The position numbers and the translations under genes are program-made. This document shows, piece after piece, positions 1 to 11,860 of a stretch of 64,000 nucleotides of DNA. The notes beneath the pieces are model-generated. The model made no database searches. It was not told the origin of the DNA and was given only the letters and a program-made list of their open reading frames with translations. The stretch is from the human T2T-CHM13v2.0 reference genome, Homo sapiens, in the NCBI RefSeq assembly GCF_009914755.1, contig NC_060943.1, one strand, 5' to 3'. Each line of letters opens with the position of its first letter. Position 1 is the first letter of the stretch.

Positions 1-2600
1 TTACATTAACTCATGTTCTCGCCCCTACCCAACCCCATCCCAGGGAAATGGAGGAAGAGGGTGGCCCACAAATGAATGAGTCAAGTCACTGCCCTCTGGC
101 TGAAAAGGTTACAAGTGGAAGCTAACCTCTGATGCCATAATTATAAAATGCATAGCCTTATAGACAAGTTTTGCAATTCTCATCTTTATCTGTGTATTTT
201 AAGCATATTTAAAATCTGTTAGATTATAAAGACAGAAATCAACATGTCACAACTAAATTACCCATATTCAATCAACTCACCACTCACCTGAACCAAGGTC
301 CCCTCCTTCTTCCTTCCTGTGTGTTTCCCTCTCTCATTCTGTGCGTATCTCATCCTCACCTTCCCTCCCTGGCTCTTTTTTTCCGATGTTTCCCCCCAGG
401 TTTCTGCTCCTCATTTTGAGCCCCTCTCCTCTCCTGCTCTTTCTCCCCTTCTTCCCTCCATTCCTTCTCTTCCACCTGTTCTGCTCCATTCCTACAACTT
501 CTTCCACCTCTTATTCCTTTCTGCCCAAACTCTTCATTGTCCCAATCCCAATCTCCACATATTTCTGCCTCTTTCTTCCCTCATCTTTGCTCCCCCTCTG
601 CTCCCCCTATTAAATCCCCTCTTCCCTGTTACACCCCTTGTCCCCACTCTCTGGCACCCCCAGATCCAAAGCCTTCCCATACTGTGGTTCTCCCTCTGCT
701 CTCCTTGTCACCAGCTGTCCCGTCTTGCTGTCCCAGCACCACATTGCTGTCCGCCCTGACTCCAAATTCCTCCTCCTCTCCCCCACTCTCTGTCTGAGGA
801 GCCTCCCCCTTTCTGCCCCTCTCCCTATCTTGCTGTCCTTCATCTCTCTGGAGACCCAGCTTTTCTCTATATTTCTCCAGTTGCTCCCTGCCCCACACTT
901 TCTCAGCTTTGTCTTTCACTCTCAGTGTCTGTCTGCAAATTCCCCACCCATCCTCTGCGTTGCCATCTGTTCATGGTTCTCACCCGTCCTTCTCACTCCT
1001 TCTCAGTTTTTCTATTTCCTCTTTCTCCTGTCTCTCTTTCTCCTGATCCCCTGTGGCCACATATTTACAGGGAAGGGGATGGAATAAGATGCCCACCTAC
1101 TGAAAGCACTTTTCCTAGTGGAGTGGAATCTGGGACAAAAGAACATTGGAGGTGAACAGACAGGCCCAAGTCACCTCCTTCAACGCTGGGTCAGAGGAAG
1201 CCATGCTTATGAGGGGGAGGCCTGCAGGATAGAGGGCAAGGCTCAATGAGAGCAAGATGGGAGGGTGTCTCAGGGGAGGGGTGGGATCTGTGGAATCCCA
1301 GGACCAGGGCGAGGACTCTCTTGCACCAGAGCTGCGGTGCTGCTGTGCAGACGCAATGAAGGGCGAGGCTTAGGGGACCCAAAGGGTGAATGCACCTCGC
1401 GGGTGAGGACCTTACAAGGCACAGGGTGGGAAGTGAGTAAAGGGTTTTAAGCAGGAAATGGCATGAAAGCTCTCTACATGGGCTGAAGGCAGAAATACTG
1501 CAAGCAGGACCTGTCTGTGTGGTTCAATGGGAAGTGACCCCTGACCTCTCATGGACACCTCTGAATTTACTTGGGAATGAAAGAGCCATGAGGGGATACT
1601 AAGGTCTATAGGGTCCGGAGTGACGGCTCATGCCTGTAATCCCAGCACTTTGTGGGCTGTAATCCCAGCCGAAGCGGGAGGATCACTTGAGCCCACAAAT
1701 TCGAGACCAGCTCAGGCAACACAGTGAGACTTCCTCTCTACTAAATATATATAAAAAAAATTATTTAAACGTGGTGGTGGTACACACCGGTGGTCCCAGC
1801 TACTCAGGAGGCTGAGGTGGGAGGATCGCTTGAGCCCAGGAGGTCCAGGCTGCAGTGAACTACAATCACTCATATATACACATATGTCTCTGAGGACTCC
1901 TGCAAATCGAGTCTGGATGTGCAGGAGCCTGGGAAGCCCAAGTTTAACCTAAACAGAGGGAAACTCACGTGTGAGGTCTTCACTCCAGGTGATCAGCTTC
2001 CAGTGGCTGCAAGAAGAGCTGGGTCCCCTGTAGGCGGGGCCCGGGGCAGGCGCCTCGTGCAGAGAGGCCAGGAGTTGGGAGGTGCCTGAGGGATGAAGTG
2101 GGCGGGGGACTTGGGGAAAGGGGGCGGTGCCTGCGCTCCCCTCCCTCTCACTCCCAGGAGTCTGTTTCCAGAGCTTTGGAGGAGAGACCTACCAGCGAGG
2201 CTGAAGCCACTCAGTGGGCTGGGAGCCGGGATCTCTCTAGGTCGTCAGGGGGCAGTGTTCGGATCCAGGAACGTTTCTGCAATTAAAATTAAGCATTTAA
2301 AGAAATGCTGTAACTGAATGAGATGCAAACTAGAATGTGAAATGCAAAATTTGAGCTTAGCAGGGAGTGTACAATTTCATGCTGATCAGCAGAACCTCCT
2401 TTCCATTTCTATTCCCCGCGCACTCAGGAAGGACAGCGTCAACCTCGGTTCCAGAGCAGGGCTAAGGCCTAGGTATTGGTTAGGTCAATAACTTGCTTTT
2501 TAAAAAGCAGTAACTTTTTACAAATAGAAATAAATTCCATTGTTCTTCCTTTATCCCATTCCACTCTTGAGATGACGGCCTCAAATACCTTTGAGATAAA
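1..2600. repeat. Diverged duplicate (copy A) of the promoter/intron-1 block also at about 12230-14720 (copy B) and 41510-43470 (copy C)
   Basis: Shared anchors include tgccataattataaaatgca, ctctcccccactctctgtctgaggag, atcccaggaccagg and ttttaagcaggaaa. Confidence 0.88.
1969..2276 (-). other. ZNF160: 308-nt non-coding 5'UTR exon of ZNF160 derived from a duplicated promoter
   Basis: Acceptor ttttaattgcag|AAACG at 2276, donor ACAC|gtgagt at 1968. The sequence is homologous to the promoter/exon 1 regions at about 13900-14620 and 43100-43470. Confidence 0.6.
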
Positions 2601-2852
2601 CTTTGTCATTGTAATATGCTTATGTCAATAATCTCTACATATGGCGTAATTTGAAATTCACTTCACATGCATTCCAAAAGTACTTGAAGAAACGGAAGAG
2701 AAACCAAAGAACATAGATTACAATATTTAAATAAAAATTGTTTTCTAAGTACTTATTTTAATCTGTTGTAGAAAAAAAGCCTGTAAAATCATCTTCAGAA
2801 AACATTTACATTTATATTCACCTCAAGGGTAATTAATTTTGCAAGATTTTAA

Positions 2853-3020
<168 letters not shown>

Positions 3021-3023
3021 TAG

Positions 3024-3185
<162 letters not shown>

Positions 3186-3849
3186 TGAACCCTATACAAA
3201 GTAAAACTAGATTATCAAATATTAAATGGCATCGTATCTACTAGCAATAATTTTATGGCAACATCTGTGAATTTACCTCTACTTTGAAGTATGTTTGCCT
3301 CTCACATCCCCACATGTGGAAGATTTCATCAATGGAAAAGTGGTGATTAATTGAAAATACAATTGTTTAGACAGGAAAAATAGCATATTTCACAACTACA
3401 TCTACAGTTTCAAAAGATATGGTGTCTGGGATAGATTTGGGGACTTTTGCAAGGTAGACTGCTCTGTGTTACGCAATATTGCTAAGTACCTATGTTGACA
3501 AGAAAGCAGTTTCAGCATGGACTTCCATGATCCCAAGCAAAGAAATGATTTGATTTTGGATCTTTTCATTAAATTGAGAATAGTAGGGGTGAATCTGATT
3601 ATAGATGAAAGCCATGAATCCATTTTGTATATGCAGAGTTTAAATGCTTATACATTTTCATTGAAGCAAAATCAACATATTCACAAGAGATTTAAAAAGG
3701 ATATTTCTGGCCGGGCACGGTGGTTCATGCCTGTAATCCCAGCACTTCACTTTGGGAGGCCGAGGCAGGTGGATCACCTGAGGTCAGGAGTTCAAAACAA
3801 GCCTGGCCAACATGGTGAAACGTTGTCTCTACTAAAAATACAAAAATTA

Positions 3850-4050
<201 letters not shown>

Positions 4051-5247
4051 CTAGGATTACAGGGTCAAAATCGGCTTCTACATTGTCAACACATAACACC
4101 AAGTGAAACTCAAAAATAATGAACTTGCCCTGGTACCTTGGCCTTTGAGACTCGGCACTGAATCCAGCCTGGGCAACATAGTAAGACCCCATCTATACAA
4201 AAAAATTTAGAAATTATCCAGGTGTGGTGGTGCATGTCTATAGTCCCAGCTATTCAGGAGGCTGAAGTGAGTGTGAGATTGCAGTGAGCTATGATCGCAC
4301 CACTCCAGCCTGGGTGACAGAGCCTGTCTCAAAAAACAAAAAACAGAAGAAAAAAGCTTTGAAGGGCACTCAGCCTTCACTGTGGGTGTACTGAATGTTC
4401 CTGTCACACATAAGAGACATCATTAACTGCTAAAGGAAAATTTCAGCTAATTGAAAAAATGAGATGCACCAACTTCATTTCAAAGCCATATACATTTAAA
4501 ATTCCCTTACAATTGTGTAATAGATCAACAATTGAAAGATAAGGAAACAAGGCATTAGTGATGCACATGCTCCAATGAGACCCCGATATCATACAAGGTA
4601 ACACTCCAAACTATTTTATCTTCCAAAATGCATCCGAAAGCTTCTTGATCTACAACACAAAATACTCCAAAATACCAAAGGTAACCCAGAAATTTATCTC
4701 TGAGATTTTCCCTATAATTCCTCTATTTTAAAAAGTATTCTTTATGTTTAAGGGAATGGTTGGCGACCTAAATTACCAGATACCGTTCCTCCACACACCC
4801 TGGTCCAGGGTCCTTGAAACGCCCCTGGACCTAAGCCCAGAGTTCTCTTTCTTCCATCCCGGTGCCTGGCAAATAGAAATGGAAACGATGTTCCGATCGT
4901 TGTCACTATGAAACTGAACACAGCACAAGTAGAAATTTCACCTTCGTTTCATCCTCTAAACAGACAAATCAGGTCCCGGATTAATTAAACGGTTCTAATT
5001 GCCAGTTCCAGGATGAAACCACTGCCCCACAGGGACCATCCGCTGATGCCCCTGCACCCCTCCTGGTACCCTGAGCTAAGATGAGTTGTGATCCTCTTAA
5101 TGGTAGGATGCCTGTCTCCACCTGCAAACAAAATGAGTTTTTCACTTAAATCGTTTTCAATGTAAGAGTAAAAAAACCTTAGCCTTCAATTAAGTGGCCC
5201 AGTACCATTCTGTTCTTTTGCCTTAAATTGTTTGAAATGTTGGATTA

Positions 5248-5334
5248 ACTGAAAATAAGCAGGAAGCGTCCCTGGACTGAAAATAAGCCGGAAGCATCCC
5301 TGCTTATTAACTGAAAATAAGCAGGAAGCATCCC
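5248..5334. repeat. Three copies of the 25-mer ACTGAAAATAAGC(A/C)GGAAGC(G/A)TCCC
   Basis: Copies at 5248-5272, 5276-5300 and 5310-5334. Confidence 0.9.
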
Positions 5335-5511
5335 CGGCTAATTTCAATTAGCTGAAACTTTATTTTAGCAGTGCAATGCTGTTGATCCAGTCCTAGTGGA
5401 GAGAAAGGCTGACATAGCAGAAAATGACCTGGGGCCAAGAGGAGTAGAGAGCCCAGGCCCGCTCCTTTCCCGGCCCTGCCCGCTTCCCACAGCCCAGGCT
5501 GCACCATAGCA

Positions 5512-5840
5512 GCTTCCACCCTCCCATCCCGCCGCCCTCTTCCAGCCCTTTCCCGTTGCCCAGACCGCAGCCCAGGGCGACTTTTACCCTTCTCACCCCA
5601 CCCCTTCCCCACTGCCCAGGCCCCGCCCCCACGGTAGTCCCACCCTCCCACCCCACCCTCTTCCACCCCTTTCCCATTGCCCAGACCCCACCCCAGGGCG
5701 ACTTTCACCCTCCTCACCCCGCCCCCTCCCCACTGCCCAGGCCCCGCCCACAGCAGTTCCACCCTCCCACACGACCCTCTTGCACCCCTTTCCCATTGCC
5801 CAGACCCCACCTCACGGTGGCTTCCACCCTCCCCACCCTG
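5512..5840. repeat. C-rich minisatellite, about 120-bp unit, about 2.7 copies
   Basis: Anchor TTGCCCAGACC at 5556, 5677 and 5796. Confidence 0.88.
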
Positions 5841-6564
5841 GCCTCTCCCCACTATCCAAGACCCGCCTCTCGCTGGCGACAGCTCCCTCCCAGAATCCGC
5901 TTCCAGTTTTCTCACCGGCAGGAGAGCATTCAGGCCTTTCAGGGCACTCCAGCCCTGTCCAACCACACTCGGAATCCACCATCCCACCAGACGTTAAAAT
6001 CCCCAGGTGCGCTCATGGGATTGGTAGCGAGTCCCAGCGTTTCCGCGGGAAACTCTGAGACCCGGTGGCTCTGCAGCTTGTCTATGATTTGAACCCTCCC
6101 CTTGATTTGGAGACTGGATTGCTCTTTTTAATACTCCCAGTTGGTGGCTGGTGTGCTTCCCAGCTGTCCGCAGGTTTGTTCTCATGAGAGATGACTCCAG
6201 AGTGTCTAGTCTTTGCTTTGCATAACGGATGAGGAATACAAAATGTCTTAATCTTATGAATATATAAATTGTCTGTTTATGCACAATGTTCAGTCGTTTA
6301 TTCACTCATCTCCCGTGGAATCCTAAGCACAATTATAAAAGAGTCACGTTACATGAGATCAGCGTCTAACACAAAGCTTCTGTCTCAATAACAGTAAATA
6401 ATAATAGCAACATTAAATGAAATATTAGTATTGCTAAAATGGGAGTGTAGTAAAAATTAAATAAGTAAATAATTAAAAGGAAATGATATATGGTCAGGTG
6501 CGGTGACTTATGCTTGTAATCCCAGCACTTTGGGAGGCCGAGGTGGGCAGATCATATGAAGTCA

Positions 6565-6915
<351 letters not shown>

Positions 6916-6919
6916 CTAA

Positions 6920-7984
6920 CTGAGGGGCAGAGCCAAGGGCCCTTCATGGAGACCACTCTGCTTACCAACCTGTGGAAGGGCAAGCGCAAGTCCACCCAGA
7001 AACACATCTGGCTGACTATGGGATCCCTGTCTGAGGCTCAGCAGACCCACGTGGCCAATAAAAGACCCTAAATTCTGCAAAAAGAAGAGTTTGTCTCTGT
7101 GCCCAGGCCCCTCCATGGAAAAAAGGTCCTGGGGTCTAAGATTTCTCACTTGGCAATGATGTTGGCTTGAATATTATTCGCAGACCCAGATCCTTGGGTC
7201 TTGCGTGGGGCAAACTGACTGCAGAACTGCAGGAAGTGAGAGTCTGAACAGAGCAGCAGAAAGGCAGGCAGGAGACCTGAGGGAGGGGAGAAAGGAGAGA
7301 GACAAACAGACCAACCCGTCCTCTCCCTCAATCACCCACCTGGGGAAGCATTAGTTTCCCATCATAGAGAGGACAACGGGGAAAGGGAGAAGCGTGTGCA
7401 TAGGATGAGATGTGTGTTGGGTGGACAGAAAGACTCCTTTCCCTAAATGTGACCCCATTAGCTCACCCCATTCTATTGCACAAATTCCTGAGCAGAGGGG
7501 CACCCTGTGGGGATGAACACAGCTCTTCCTGCCTCCAGTTCCTGCGTCTCCCTGCCATGACCAGGGCTGTAACCCTCCAACTCCCTTCCCAGGGCCCCGT
7601 GGCCCCTCTGCACTGGAGAAAGGTCCATGTTCCACAGCGGGTTTCAAGGACCTTGCCCCTCAGCTCCCCAGCTGCCTTGTGACTCTGTGACTCTGTTATC
7701 TTGGAATAAACAGGGAGAGGCCACCGGCCTGGCTGCAAGAATGTGGCAGCTTTATCTTCCCAAGGACAGTCCCAGTGGAAACCTCTGGGCCGCAGGTCAG
7801 TGTGCTGTGTTTCACTCTGATTCTTGGAGAAATCTTTCCCTTACTCTGGGACCCTGATAATCACTCCCTCTTGAGTTGCACCCACAGACGCCCCCACAAC
7901 AAACCCTCCCTAATGAAAGCCATCTGCGCCTGATTCTTAGGGCCCCCGTTGCCCTCTGGACTCAGACACGCTTACAAACTCCCA
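6920..7984. repeat. Near-identical duplicate tract 1a (partner 36496-37560)
   Basis: Constant offset of 29576 with no indels; about 6 substitutions in 1065 bp by eye. Confidence 0.95.
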
Positions 7985-8359
7985 CACTCCCCATATACTT
8001 CATAAAGATCCCACAATCCCCAGATACTTCATAAAGATCCAGAAGCCCTGTTATGAAATCTCACAAGCCCCAGTAACTCATGGAATAATATACACAAACA
8101 CCCCAGGAACTCACTGACCCAGGGCAACGTATTTCCACTCATAGTGAATCCACCCCACAGGGGAATACCACTGAAACCTACCAATAAAACAGAGATGTCT
8201 CTAATGATGCAATTAGACCCCAACATCAGGAAAGGAAACACTCCAAATGATCATTTCATCTTCCAAAACACAACTGAAAGCTTATTGATCTGCAACTGAA
8301 AATACCCCGAATGCCAAAGGCAACCCAGAAAATAATCTCTGAGATTCTTCCTATCTTTC

Positions 8360-8662
8360 CTCTATGGGTTTCAGGATGGTTTTTGCACTTCCCAAAGCCT
8401 CCACAGAAATCACCCCGTGGAGCGGATGCTGTGGAGCAGCTCTGGGATCCACACCCTCAGGCCAAGGCGCCCATCCTCCTGCTGCTGAAGCTCCCTCTGG
8501 GCTCAGCTTAGGTCTTGGTTCTAAGTACACTTCGGGATGTTTTTCTCTGCCTGATTCCACTGCCTTCAGTCCTCTTCACTGTGATGATGAGTTTCCGAAT
8601 TAAATTCCTGCATGCAAATCTCTGTGTCAGCATCTGTTTCCCAGGTAACCTGAGCTGAGACA
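8360..8662 (+). mobile_element. Ancient ERVL LTR fragment (LTR33-like)
   Basis: 3' end cctgcatgcaaatctctgtgtcagcatctgtttcccaggtaacctgagctgagaca. Confidence 0.55.
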
Positions 8663-8952
8663 TCAGGGCATTACAAAATGATCCTGCAGCCCCACAACCA
8701 CCCCAAAACCCACTTCCAGGTGCTACAGCCAGACCTGAGACTTCTTTCCAAGTGTGCCACACATCCCGTGAGCCCACAGTCACCTGTGGGCCAGGCGCAT
8801 GCAGCATTCATCCAGCTCCTCTAGAGGCTCAGCATTGCTTCCACGCCTCACTCCACACCTCTAAGGACTTCTTCACCTGTCCCCATTTTTCTACTTCTCT
8901 TCCAGCCTGAGAAGCACACTGGATTGAAAGGCCTCTGGACACAAGCGATGCG

Positions 8953-9656
8953 GCAGGAATGGACACAAACTGCTATCTGCAGGACAGTGGGCCTCAAGTC
9001 TAGATTCTAGAAGTTGGCCATGCTGGAAGGAATTGCCCCCAATTTGGGGACACCATGGAATCCAGTTTAAAGGCAGGTGAAGATTGGCCGGATTGAGCTG
9101 GCGGAGGATGTCCAAGAAAAAGAGATGCCCCAGATCTCATGAGGGAGGCTGCCATTGTCCCCTTGTCTCTCCACTCACAGTCCCCTGCAAAATTCCCCCG
9201 CTGTTTAGGGAGTGCCTCCTTCATGGCCCATTTAGCTTCTGAACTTCTCGCCACCCTTCCTGAAGGGAATCCAGGACCCCTGACTGCGAGCGCATCACCT
9301 GCTGGAAGGCAAAGCCCCTGCCCAGGATGGCCACCGGGCCCCGGTGATGTGTAGAGCGCGGAAGACCCGGGAGCTGGAGTAAGGCGGTGGGGACGCCTCG
9401 GCACTGGCTGAGGACACAGGGTCTGCGGGGCTTTTCAGGCCTCAGTGAGGCCTTCTGCTCTTACATAGACTGGAATAAATAGCCACAGGAAGTTTAGACC
9501 AATTACGGATGAAATTTCCAGAATATGAGACCATCCTCACTACCCGCCCTATCCTTTTGGTCTTCCCTGAGGACTCCTCAGCCCGACCCCAGCCCCAGCA
9601 TCTGAACCACAACCCCAGAGCAGGTGCTGCAGTCGTCCCGTGGCCAAGATGGAGAC
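8953..9656. repeat. High-identity duplicate tract 2a (partner 38496-39199)
   Basis: Offset 29543; about 17 substitutions in about 700 bp by eye; continues at lower identity to about 10600. Confidence 0.92.
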
Positions 9657-10884
9657 ACAAAACACTCAAAATAATCCATGCAGAAGAGTGTCCGATGTGG
9701 TGATGGATGCGGAGACAGTGAAACCTGAGTAACGTGGTAGAGACTGACAGGCAGAGAGAATTTCAGATGGGGGTGCAAGAGGGTGGAAGACAGCTCTGAG
9801 GCTAGACCCGAAGGAGAAGAAAGGGACAGAGCTGTGATGATTTGGGGACATAGGGTAAGAGGAGGGACAAAGACTGAGACAGGAAAGGTTTTGATGTTTG
9901 GGAAAAGAGAAAAACAAATGTGACTAGGGCAGAGGGAGTCATGAGATGAGGGCAAGCTCCCAGGAGGAGGCTGGACACTGGCAGGGGCCCTGGACGCAGG
10001 GCTGTGGAGCCACAGTGAGGAGTTGGGCTTTTGTCCTGGGGAACACGGGAAGCCGGTGGAGGGTTCCCTACCAGGGACTGACATGACTGCTTTAGATTTA
10101 GCCATAACTCTAATGCAGAGAAAGGCCTCCAAAGATGGTCTCTCTGCCTCTGAGTCTACACCCCAGCTTCCATCCTTGTGGTTTTGGTTTTGTTTTGTTT
10201 TAAATTTTAAAGGACTGAGTCCCATTTAAATTTTTAATTGCAGTGGGCACTCCCCAATTCCTAGAAGAACTGCAAAACACAGATGTACACCCAATTCTGC
10301 CAAACATTAAGGGGATTAGTATTGCCCAGACTGAGGTATATTGACTGAGTCCCTCACCTTCACGTTGCAGGTGGATTTACTGAGGGCTAGACGGGGAGAT
10401 GTTTCACTAAGTCATCCAAGTTGAATTAGAAGATGTATCTGACTCTATGACGGCCTCGAAGGGCTAATGGGCAACACTAGACTTTCTCACGCCTCCCCTG
10501 GAAAATTCCAGGATCTTCTTTCACATACCTGGGCAAAAGAAACTTCCCTTTCATGGCTTTATCACATTGATCCCAAACATTTAATTCCTCTTTTCCAGAA
10601 AAACACAACATACTAATGAAACGCAGAACTGTGAAAACATGGCTATTGGTGTTGAAAACAGTGAAAGACTGTCAGCTATAGAGATGAGCTCTCTCAGCAA
10701 ATTTTTTCATGAACACATAAGCTCTGCTGGAATAAGGTTTTGAGTCAATCCAGCCCATCTTTCCACATTTACAGAAAATAGAACTGACAAAAGGGACTTG
10801 AGGGGGACATCTGCTTAGTAGTTCACAGGTCACTATTTTAAGAGATGACATAAGGGAAGAAAACTGACTAGTAACAAATAAGTT

Positions 10885-11860
<976 letters not shown>

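Noticed and set aside
319-1087. Several 77-149 aa ORFs rich in Pro/Leu/Ser/Phe (also 12545-13421 and 42046-42886)
   Set aside because: They come from stop-poor pyrimidine-rich or GC-rich intron-1 sequence; frames are not conserved among the three paralogous copies.
5248-5334. Repeat-spacer-like pattern resembling a mini CRISPR
   Set aside because: Only 3 units with 3- and 9-nt gaps, in a eukaryotic context with no cas genes.
5307-6092. 226-aa and 178-aa Gly- or Pro-rich ORFs
   Set aside because: Products of the C-rich minisatellite, with no domain similarity.
9000-9404. 134-aa ORF almost identical at 38543-38947 (also 90-98 aa ORFs in tract 1)
   Set aside because: Conservation reflects near-identical DNA; starts are non-ATG and the differences are largely non-synonymous.
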